In this document: positions 27,039-37,289 of the stretch, in pieces
How the letters are laid out: each line of letters opens with the position of its first letter
Numbering within the stretch: the stretch's first letter is position 1
Origin: Octopus sinensis
Lineage: Eukaryota
Reading direction: 5' to 3'
Assembly (NCBI RefSeq): GCF_006345805.1
Contig: NC_042998.1
Location: forward strand, 153,326,001-153,390,000
Length of the DNA stretch: 64,000 nucleotides
The notes under the pieces: generated by a model
What the model was told of the DNA's origin: nothing
The model's input: only the letters and a program-made list of their open reading frames with translations
Database searches by the model: none
Position numbers and translations under genes: made by a program

Positions 27039-27095
27039 ACTGTAGAAAAGAAGTTGTGCCTTTGACATTTGTCACTCTACTAAAACAGTTAGTGT
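27039..27095 (-). promoter_or_regulatory. Probable 3' splice site of a 5'UTR intron of the ARL14EP-like gene
   Basis: Minus strand CACTAAC branch-like motif, then CTTCTTTTCTACAG, 24 nt upstream of the ATG. Confidence 0.5.
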
Positions 27096-28110
27096 AATTA
27101 CCATTAATTAACATTAAACAGTTTGTTTTCAAGATATTTCCAACTTCAGGCAGCAAAACAGAGAAGAAATTATTGGATGTATAATGATATTCTAAGTTAT
27201 CGATGTCCTTTAATTATTGTCAGTTTTTTATTGTTGCTCTTCCCAAAAGTTAAATCACGATTGTTTCTTGCTGGTTTTGTTTTGTGTGTATATATATATA
27301 TCGTTTAAATATTTGTATATACTGACAATAAATTGAATCGAGGTGAACGGCAAAGTAACTTTGAATGTAGGTTGATGAGAAACAAGGAAGAAAACTAAAT
27401 AGTTTTTTTTTTCAACTTTGCAAGTTGTAAGTTGACATGTGGAACGTGGAAGTTAAAATAATGACTTCATCATCAAAGAAAAAATTATAAGCAACTCACA
27501 ACTGCTATTCTGTAATGAAATGATTAAAGCGTCCCATTCAGTACTAAAATATATGTATATACCGATATCTCAATATATTTCTAATAAATCTAAATCTAAC
27601 GATAAATCGGATATGTAGTGGTAAATGGGTTCCAACCAAGATTTATCTTTCTTGTATAAATGTTTATGTAACTCTCCTCAGCATGGCGAAGTGAGGTAAA
27701 TTTACTTCAAACACAACTAGGTCTGGCGATTATGGCTGTTTATTATTGTGTATTTCCAGACACTCCTTTAATAAATCCTGTTTGTTGATGCTTGAGATAT
27801 AAAGGATAGAAGTGAGGTCAACTCGTCAGTTTGATAAAGCGGCACTTCTCCAATTAAATGACATGCAATGAATAAAAGAGGAATCTATTTTTAAATATTT
27901 TATCCTAAAAAATAAAACAGAAACGGGAAGCGGGCACTCGTAATATATAAACAAACATGTCGGACGATACAAGGGGGCGATAATTTACTTCTACAATAAG
28001 GTATTATAAATGATGCGAGAGGCCCGACAATATCGTCTGCGAATTGTAAGAAGACCGTTTCACAATCATTAATAAATCTCTGAACGAGATATAAACAGTA
28101 ACCGCTCAAC

Positions 28111-28610
28111 AACGTAAAGTGTACTAGCCATCTGAATGTGGCTAGCCACTGGGGGTGGAGTGTTACTGACGCTTTTAGCCCCAGGAGATCGACGTCACCA
28201 GCTGGCCTTAGACACAATTTCAGTGCACTTGTGTTATTTGCAAAGGGAGGTCATCCTCCCTCGAAAACCTAAGTGATACATACGGACTATAGTTTAATGC
28301 TTTCAGACAGTTTTTCTAAATCAGTGACTGTGGTTGCTGTGAAAAACGTTAAATATTATTATTTGCAAAGGTCTCCTTCATCGAAAACCGGTGTCTACCA
28401 TGCGTTGACGAGAGCAATTACCTTGAAACTATAGTCCGTATGTATCACTTAGGTTTTCGAGGGAGGATGACCTCCCTTTGCAAATAACACAAGGGCACTG
28501 AAATTGTGTCTAAGGCCAGCTGGTGACGTTGATCTCTTGGGGCTAAAAGCGTCAGTAACACCCCACCCCCAGTGGCTAGCCACATTCAGATGGCTAGTAC
28601 ACTTTACGTT
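28111..28610. repeat. Foldback element: about 183-bp near-perfect inverted arms with about 133-bp spacer
   Basis: 28111-28293 versus 28427-28610, only a few substitutions seen. Confidence 0.9.
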
Positions 28611-28752
28611 TCACAATCTGTTTCTTGAAAAACAAAAATAAAAATTACAAAACTTGCATATGTCTTGAACATATTTACTGTATTGTTTTATAATCATTTC
28701 TGTCGTATATCACAGTATCATAAAATGGGCGAAGGTAAGCGTGCGCACACCA

Positions 28753-28880
28753 CCTAACCCTAAACCTAATCCTAACCATAACACTTAGCCATAACCCAGA
28801 CCCTAATCCTAACCCTAACACTAACCTTAACCCTAACTCTAACCCTAACCCTAACACTAACCCTAGCCCTAACCCTAACG
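28753..28880. repeat. Degenerate (CCCTAA)n telomere-like tract, probably internal to a MITE spanning about 28022-28945
   Basis: About 20 imperfect CCCTAA units. CCGACAATATCGTCTGCGAATT (about 28024) is inverted at about 28920-28941. Confidence 0.7.
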
Positions 28881-28954
28881 AGTGTGCACTGTAGAAAAAT
28901 CTGATTAAAAACAATCAAGAATTTGCAAACGATATTGTTGGATCCTTCGTATAA

Positions 28955-29790
28955 TAATCATCATGATGGCTTGGCTTCGCGAACGAAGATCAGGAAGGCT
29001 GTCCACGTCGTGTGCATGCACGCTCATGTCTGACAAGTCCAATATAGGAAAGGCAGGTCCGTGAGTAGTGTCCACAGACGAAGGTAACATCTAATGTGAT
29101 GTCAGAGGCGGCTCGCGCCTTCTGCCTGCGTCTTTTGTCTTTAAGTGCGTCTCTTCTTTGTTCCTCAAACTTGCTGACTGCATTGAAGATTGTGTGGCGT
29201 CAGACATCATGGTCCGCAGCCAGATCTGACCAGCATTGGTGGTCAATATGACATGCTGTTAGAGACTTCTTGAGGCAATCTTTGTAGTGCTTCCTTGGAG
29301 CTCCTCTCACACAGTGGCCGGTGAAGAGTTCGCCAAATAGGGCAATCTTAGGAAGGTGATGGTTCTCCATTCTAGAGACATGCCCTACCCATCGGAGGTA
29401 GGACTTCAGTAGCATGGCTTCAATGCTGGGGATCTCGGCCTGCTCCAGGACTTCAATGCTTGTGATGAAGTCACACCCGTGTATGTTGAGGATGGTGCAA
29501 AGACATCGCTGGTGGAAGTGCTCAAGGAGACGGATGTGACTGCTGTAAGTGATCCAGGTCTCTGAGCTGTAGACACTGATCTTTGTTTTGTTCTTCAGGT
29601 TATTATTGTGCCAAACACGTTTGTACAATCTGCCAAAGGACCTATTTGCCTTAGAGAGTCTATTTTCAATTTCTTTGTCAATCCTTGCATTGACTGAAAG
29701 GATGCAGCCCAGGTATGTAAACTGCTGTGTTGATTTCTGTTCAGTACCGCAGATAGTGATGTGGGGTGGGCGGTATTCCTCTTAGGGTGT
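28955..29790 (-). mobile_element. 5'-truncated RTE (BovB-like) LINE fragment
   Basis: ORF 29200-29628 (FHQRCL...LRWVGHVSRMENHHLPKIALFGEL...RGAPRKHYKDCLK) followed by a 3'UTR. Confidence 0.85.
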
Positions 29791-30711
29791 AGGTTGGAGA
29801 AGTACCTACCTGATTAATAATAATAATACCTGATTGGTAAAAGTAGATTACCACCCCTTCTATCGTCCAAAATGTTTGTAGGAGTAAACAACCGTATGTA
29901 AGAAGTTGGTGACAAATGACTCCTTTTTAACACCGCACGGTCGTCCCTAACATAATAAGAGAAGCCAAATACATGGATATAAAATACAGTGCCAAAGGAA
30001 TAAATGAGGACCACAAACCGTTCCACTGTTTGAGAGAGAAGAAGACTTTATTCACAATGTGTACAGAGAGAGAGTGTGTGAGTGCTAGCAAAGTGTTGTG
30101 TCTGAATGCGTGCGCATAGTATTTGTGTCTGTGTGTTCATGTATGCGACAGATACAAATAAGGTGAATGCGTATAACAGAAATACAGAATACAGAGCATA
30201 AGATAAGTCTCAGCATATTGAGTTAAGATAGAGTTAGTTTACCAGTTCATAAGGTACACAATAGTAAGTTCTATAACAAGATGTTGTGGGTCAAGTGGCA
30301 GAGCCGGTTACTACCCATGTAGAAGTTGTGGCTATCATGCTGTGCCAAGTCTTTTGATATAGTAAGTTCCTTAGGTAGACTGTTTTTCCGTGGTGAAAGA
30401 TTCACACAAACAGTGTGAGTTAAACTTGGTCGAGTTGATGTGTACATGTTGTTGAAACTACTATGTACACATAAAAAACAAAAAATAGTTAAAATATCTT
30501 CACAGTATATAATGGTGGCAAGTTTTACATCATCTGAAAAGTCATTAGTTGAACTATTAATCCTCTTGCATTCTGGTGGTGTTTTGGAGTGTTTGGGTGA
30601 CATTAAACCCCAACAAATGCCCATAAATTAAATGCATCTATCTGGGCCATGATTGTGACCTGTCAAACCGTGTCTGATGGCCATGATCGTGACCCATCAT
30701 GCTTTATGTGC

Positions 30712-31190
30712 TTAGCAGAATTGTTAGCATGGTGGGCAAAATGCTTAGTGCTATTTTGTCTGTCTGCACATTCTAAGTTCAAATTCCACTGAAGTCGACC
30801 TTGCCTTTCATCCTTTCAGGGTCAATAAATTAAGTACCAGTGAAACATTGGGGTCAATGTAATCGACTAGTTCCCTTCTCCCAAATTGCAGGCCTTGTGC
30901 CTATTGTAGAAAGGATTATTATTATTATTATTATTATTATAATTATTATTATTATTATTAAAGTGGCGAGCTGGCAGAATTATTAGCACACTGGGCTAGA
31001 TGTTTAGCTGCATTTTGTCTGCCACTACATTCTGAGTTCAAATTCGGTCGAGGTTGACTTTGCCTTTCATCCTTTTAGGGTCGATGAATTAAATACCAGT
31101 TACTCACTAGAGTTGACGTAATTGACTAGCCTCTTAACCTGCAAATTTGAGGCCTTGTGCCTATGGCAGAAAGGATTATTATTATTATTA
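30712..31190 (+). mobile_element. Two tandem SINEs with (ATT)n tails (other copies at about 25600-25790 minus and 32243-32395)
   Basis: GCAGAATTGTTAGCA...GAGTTCAAATTC...GGCCTTGTGCCTAT...GGATTATTATT occurs twice. Confidence 0.8.
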
Positions 31191-31192
31191 TT

Positions 31193-31730
31193 CTATGTTT
31201 GACTTTTGCTTTACATTTGCACAAGCTGGCTCCAAGTCTCACCCATAGAACTCAAGAGACAACAAGCTGGAAGTTCATGTTGGTGTTATGCCTAGGGTGC
31301 CATATATTTGGTTTTGTACTTAGTGTTGTACTAGTGAATGCCTAAAGAAACCATACGAAAATTATGTTTGTTTTAAAACTTAGATTACAAAGAAAGTATT
31401 TTGCGTAGGATATGAGCAGTTCCCATGAGCACTATCTTTTGAATTTCTGCCATTTTAGGGTTTCCTGGTATCTGAGTTAGGTAGCAATCAGCCCCTTTTG
31501 CTATCATTCCCAGGGCACCTATGACAACAGGTATTGTTTTAGTCTTCAGGTTCCACATTTTGCAGATTTCTATTTCCAGATCTTTATATTCGCTCAGTTT
31601 CTGGTAGGTCTTGACAGATACGTTTATATCGATTGGGACAGTCATATCAATGAGGAAGCATGTTTTTTGTCTGAAGTCTTTTACTATGATGTCTGGCCTA
31701 TTTGCGTCTATCTTTCTGTCAGTTTGTCAG
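31193..31730 (-). mobile_element. 5'-truncated R4/Dong-like REL element in (TAA)n
   Basis: TDRKIDANRPDIIVKDFRQKTCFLIDMTVPIDINVSVKTYQKLSEYKDLEIEI...IPVVIGALG (REL domain). (TTA)n on both sides. Confidence 0.8.
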
Positions 31731-31810
31731 TTATTATTAATATTATTATTATTATTATTATTATTGTTATCATTATTATTATTATCATTATTATCATTAT
31801 TAATATTATA

Positions 31811-32196
31811 GGCGTAGGAGTGGCTGTGTGGTAAGTAGCTTGCTTATGAACCACATGGTTCTGGGTTCAGTCCCACCTTGGGCAAGTATCTTCTACTATA
31901 GCCTTGGGCCAATCAAAGCCTTGTGAGTGGATTTGGCAGACAGAAACTGAAAGAAGCCTGTCGTATATATGTATATATGTGTGTGTGTATATGCTTGTGT
32001 GTCTGTGTTTGTCCCCCCAACATCGCTTGGCAACCGATGCTGGTATATTTACGTCCCCATAACTTAGCTGTTCGGCAAAAGAGACTGATAGAATAAGTAC
32101 TAGGCTTACAAAGAATAAGTCCTGGGGTCAATTTGCTCGACTAAAGGCGTTGCTCTAGCATGGCCACAGTCAAATGACTGAAACAAGTAAAAGAGT
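31811..32196 (+). mobile_element. tRNA-type SINE
   Basis: Same family as 23748-24520 and 59083-59546. Confidence 0.85.
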
Positions 32197-32774
32197 ATTA
32201 TGATCACCATTATCATCACTATTATTATTAGATTTAAGTTGGTAAGCTGGCAAAATTGTTAGCACACTAGGTGAAATGCTTAGCAGCATTTCATTTGTCC
32301 TTACATTCTCAGTAAAAATACTGCCATGGTTAACTTTGCCTTTTTTCTGTTTGGGATCAATAAAATAAGTACTAATTGAGCACTGGGGACCACCTTTTTT
32401 TCCTATCAGCCAAATGTCTTCAATACAAAAGAGCTGGAGCAAAACATTTTCAATCAGTCACGTCTGATGAGTATTTAATTGATCTCCCATTGTAGGGAGG
32501 GTGAATCATTCATGAAACTACCCAGTACTCTGTAAAGTGGTTGGTGTTAGAAAGGGCATCCAGCTGTGGAAACCATGCCAAAACAGATGACTGGAGTCTG
32601 GTGCAGCCCCTGGCCATACCAGCTTCCATCATGCCATCCAGCCTATGACAACATGAAAAACAGATCTTTTATCTTTTGTCGTTTATATATATATATGTAT
32701 ATATTGAGAAAGAAAAGTACTAAGAATTTTGGGAAAAAAATCCTTTAATTTCTTCATTATTATTAAAGCTTTCG

Positions 32775-33260
32775 TTCCTCCCTAGAACTTGTCAAATACC
32801 TCTTAGATGACATAAAGTCACACAATTTGGGAATCATAGCCATAAGTGAGACTAGACTCCATAATCCACAGGCCCTAAAGTCCATGTTTGGTGAACAGTT
32901 TAACATTTATTTTCCTCCCTGTCTGCTGAGGATGGGAGGTAGTGGCACTGCAGTACTTTTTCGTAAGAGTCTGGATCTCGAAGTAAAGATGAAATTCATA
33001 GACCTGGAGGGTAGACTGGTTGTCCTGGATGTCGTCGACAGCAATGGATGTGCTTTTCAATTCCTATCAGTCTATGCACCACCTTTAACAGGTTGGCTGG
33101 ATTTCTTTCGATGTCTAGAAGTATTCCTAGGAACGTCTCATCCTTTACTTTTAGTGGGGTATTGGAATGCTACGTTGGACACACATCTAGACCACATGGG
33201 CAGAGACAGGAATAGATGGGGATGCAAATACCTCAGAAACCTGATCAGATACTTTCAACT
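32775..33260 (+). mobile_element. Tx1/L1-type apurinic-like endonuclease fragment
   Basis: ORF 32827-33273 IIAISETRL...GTAVLFRK...EGRLVVLDV...SVYAP...LLVGYWNA. Confidence 0.75.
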
Positions 33261-33468
33261 AGTATGCATGTAATTATTGCAAATATATTAAAAATATATG
33301 TGTGTGTGTTTGTATATATCATCATCATCAACATCATCATCGTTTAACGTCCGTTCTCCATGCTAGCATGGGTTGGACGGTTCGACCGGGGATCTGGGAA
33401 GCCAGAAGGCTGCACCAGGCTCCAGTCTTATCTGGCAATGTTTCTACAGCTGGATGCCCTTCCTAACA

Positions 33469-33510
<42 letters not shown>

Positions 33511-33690
33511 GTCTTGTGGGATGTCTTGTTGGCGAAGAATGTGTTAGTGATGCACAGGTTATGGTATGTGCAAAATTCAAGTAGTCTCTGACCATTGTCA
33601 TTCATGTTGCCAATACCAAAACACATACACTTACATATATACATACATATATATATACGATTGATTTGTTTCAGTTCCTGTCTACGAAAT

Positions 33691-33728
<38 letters not shown>

Positions 33729-33731
<3 letters not shown>

Positions 33732-33937
33732 GACAAAACCAATATTTTAAAATCAAACAAGGAAAGACTTAATCAATACATAAAATTTGATACTGATTAG
33801 AAGATCGAAAATCCACCTGAAGAATGTCGGTAGCAGACATGAAACAATAGTAGTGGCGGTTTATTTAATTTATATTAAAATTTTATGTATTGATTAAGTC
33901 TTTCCTTGTTTGATTTTAAAATAGTGGCTTTGTCTCG
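33729..33937. repeat. 60-bp inverted repeat enclosing a hammerhead motif (Penelope-derived foldback)
   Basis: 33729-33788 versus 33878-33937, 58/60 complementary. Confidence 0.85.
33813..33856 (+). ncRNA. Minimal type I hammerhead ribozyme motif
   Basis: CCAC-CUGAAGA-AUGUC(GGUAGCA)GACAU-GAAAC-AAUA-GUA-GUGG: canonical core, 5-bp stem II, 2-bp stem III, 4-bp stem I. Confidence 0.65.
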
Positions 33938-34030
33938 AATTATATTATATAATATTTTACTATAAAATTGGATTTAACCCTAAATCTGATTTTTCCCTGT
34001 AAATTTGGATTCATTCCCTAATATTTATTA

Positions 34031-34097
<67 letters not shown>

Positions 34098-34672
34098 ACA
34101 CACACACACACACAACACACAAAGATAAATTGATAGATACAACTGAGTGGGCAAACAAAAATATGAGACACTGCGTAAGTGTTTTTTTATATTTTGATAA
34201 GCGTGGTACTTATTCTATCAGTTTCTTCTTGTGAAACCAGTAAGTTATGGGGAAGTAAATAAACGAACAGCAGTTGTGAAGCAGTGATGAGGGAGAAACA
34301 CAAAGACACACACATAGACTTACATATACACATACATATACATACAATTGATTTGTTTCAGTTTCTGTCTACAAAATTCACTGACAAGGCTTTGGTTGGT
34401 CTGAGGCTATAGCAGAAGACACATGCCAAGTTACCACACAGTGGGACTGAACTGAGGACCATGTGTTTTGGAACCAAGTTTGTTAACACACAGCCACACA
34501 TGCACCTATGTATGTGTGTGTGTGGGGGGGGTATGTGTGTATGGGTGTATATATGTATGCATGTATATATGTGTATATATATGTATACATATTACATGTA
34601 CATCTATATATATACATCTAGACATACATGTATATCTATAGAAATACATATAGATGTACATATATATATATA

Positions 34673-35833
34673 AGGTAGGTCTGGAGAGATTGTAGAGCTG
34701 CTTGAATGGAGACGTGTGGATGTATGCTGTATCCAGGAAGTAAGGTGGAGAGGAGGTTCCGCTAGGCTCCTCACAGGCAAGGAACACAGGTACAAGATTT
34801 TCTGGGCAGGGAACACTGACGGGGTCGGGGGCGTGGGTATACTTCTTGCGGAGAAATGGGTAGGTAAGGTAATCGAGGTAGTCAGAGTAAGTGACAGAGT
34901 AATTAAAATTAGATTAGTCCTTCACCACAGGACAGCTACCATCATCTCGGCATATGCCCCTCAACCAGGGCTACTGGAAGGACAAAAAGACCAATTCTAT
35001 GACACCCTATTGCGGACTACCTCATTGACAAATGACAGTGACCTTCTCTTCGTGGCAGGTGATTTCAATGGACATGTCAGACGGCATGTCGGGGGCTTCC
35101 ATGGCGTCCATGGAGGCTACGGTTTTGGCTCTCGTAATGAGGAGGGAACCAGGCTGCTGGAGTTCTGCGATGCAAATGACCTTATGGTCTGCAATACCAA
35201 CTTCAGGAAACCCACCTCTCACCTAGTCACCTACCATTCTGGCAGACACACCAGCCAGATTGACTACATCCTTGTCAGAAAAAGGGAAAGAGGGCTGATT
35301 ATAAATGCCAAAACCTTTCCAGGCGAAGAATGTACTCCTCAACATAGATTAGTAGTTACCGACTTCAGGATCAGAGCTAAATGGTTGCCCAGAAGAAGAC
35401 CAGCTTGGAGGAGAAGGGTCTGGAAGCTTAAAGATCCTGCAAATGGACAGAGATTTAGAGACATACTACTCGAAGCCTTTGATGAAATAGAAGGGGATAT
35501 AGCTTCACTTAATGTGGAAGACAACTGGAGATTTCTACGGGACAATCTGCTGACAGCCACTGACCAGATCTGTGGATGGAGCAAAGTACCATCTCAACCC
35601 AGAGTAACATGGTGGTGGAACACTGTGGTTGACAGGGCTATTAGACAAAAGAGACAGGCTTGGAAGGACTGGAAGAACGGTGGTAGCAGGGAATTGTATC
35701 AGACAGCCAGAAGGGAAGCTAGGAGACAGGTTTATTTAGCCAGAGGGGAAGTGGATAAGAAAAAATTTGCCAATGTTCTGAGCCGTGAGGATGAAAGACT
35801 TGAGGTATTTCGTGATGTGGTAGGAGAGAAGTG
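34673..35833 (+). mobile_element. RTE LINE, 5' part (APE endonuclease), interrupted by a Gypsy insertion
   Basis: ORF 34716-35930 DVCCIQEVRW...AGDFNGH...SQIDYIL. Continues after the TSD at 41216. Confidence 0.93.
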
Positions 35834-36386
35834 TGTAGTGACGCTATACAACAGCGCGCGCGCGCAACGCCCTTTTCTGATTCGCGCGTGTTTTCATCAC
35901 CAAGAGGAAATATTGCTATCGTGGAATTAGCTGATTGGCTAGGAAAAGTGACCCTTAGAAAAGAGGCAAGGGAACGCAAAAACCTTGACGAGAGACAGCG
36001 TCCAGCAGAGACAGCAGAAGGCCTTTGATACAAGCAGACGTATATTTCTCTCTGTCCAGCTTTGATAGCAGTCGGCCGAAGGTTTTTACCAAATTGTTGC
36101 GGACAACATCATCTTCATATTCCGCAGCCATCTTTAACCCGTTCTGTTTTTAGCGGCTGAACATTGTAAATATTACAATTCGATTAACTTTCAGCCTTGC
36201 GCGCCCAGAACCAAGGATATCAGATATACCACTGATCTCTCACCATAAAACAATAAAGTATATCTATTTTTTACGTCTGCGTTTTGTGTTTCTTTGACTG
36301 GTAGAGTCTGGATATAAAAGCAACGGAAAGTGATTGCTTCTCGCACCCCCCAAAAGGTCCGGAGAAGATATTCACATTTCCTTACA
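35834..36386 (+). repeat. 5' LTR
   Basis: TGTAGTGA...CCTTACA. 8 substitutions versus the 3' LTR by manual comparison. Confidence 0.95.
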
Positions 36387-36387
36387 G

Positions 36388-36399
36388 TGGTGACCCCGA
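36388..36399 (+). other. Primer-binding site complementary to the tRNA-Trp 3' end
   Basis: TGGTGACCCCGA, 1 nt after the LTR, complementary to ...TCGGGGTCACCA of eukaryotic tRNA-Trp. Confidence 0.85.
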
Positions 36400-36825
36400 A
36401 GTTCCAGAGATCACTCAACAAAAAGAAAAAAATCCAGTTTTTCTGCCAAGTCTGAAACACGACCAACCTCTTTTCCAGTCACTTTCAACAGTTTGTTTCT
36501 TCATCTGCACTCACGCACGGAAGAAAAAAAAAGAGAAGAAATTTTTTTTCTCGATTAAAACGCGACGAAGGTTGGTAAAACAAAAAAAAGAAAAGAATTT
36601 TTTCTATTCTCTGTGCACACAGTACAAACAAAAAAAACAAAAGAAAAAACATTTTTTTTTGTAAATTGCACATTCAAAATTTATTGGTTCAATTGTTGGT
36701 CTTTCTTTCTTTCTTCCTTTCTTTTTTCCCTTTGTTTTTCCTTGTTGCATCTGTTCAGCGTTGGTTCGTTGTCAGTTTTCTTTTTTCCATTTGACAGAGT
36801 CATCTAGTGAATAAAAGGCTACAAA

Positions 36826-37250
36826 ATGTTTATGGGTTCGTTACCTACTTTTACAGGTGATGCCACACTGTGGTTTTCACAGTTAGAGGCACAATTTCGT
36901 GCACAAAGTATTACTCCCGAGCAGCAGTAGAGACAAATACAGTGGACCAAATAGCAACGATGGCTGATAAGATGGTTGAATTTTCCGTTCAACCATCGTC
37001 ACGGTCTGCTTGTGCCTGTTCACAAACTTCTTCGGCCTCAATTGAGGGGCTTTCTAAACTAATAGAAACCCTCACTAAAAGGATGGACGCAATGGGTCGC
37101 GATGGTAAGCGATCTTCAAAATCGCGGAGTCGCAGTCGTTCATCCTCGAGATCAACACAGTCTAAGTCTGGACTGTGTTGGTACCACTCCAAGTATGGAG
37201 AGAATGCACATAGGTGCACACAGCCATGCACTTATAAGTCTTTAAACTAG
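36826..37250 (+). pseudogene. gag: Gag remnant with apparent internal deletion
   Basis: N-terminus MFMGSLPTFTGDATLWFSQLEAQF...PEQQ then a stop. The other frame carries the C-terminus with CWYHSKYGENAHRCTQPC. Confidence 0.8.
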
Positions 37251-37289
37251 ATTCGGAGAATTTGAGCACGTCAACTTCCTCCACAACAT

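Noticed and set aside
26471-27097. 208-aa plus-strand ORF
   Set aside because: Antisense shadow of the ARL14EP-like CDS with no recognisable domain.
27683-27701. ATGGCG...GAG/GTAAAT as the first exon of a divergent plus-strand gene
   Set aside because: Four-codon ORF and a lone donor-like motif, with no downstream exon found.
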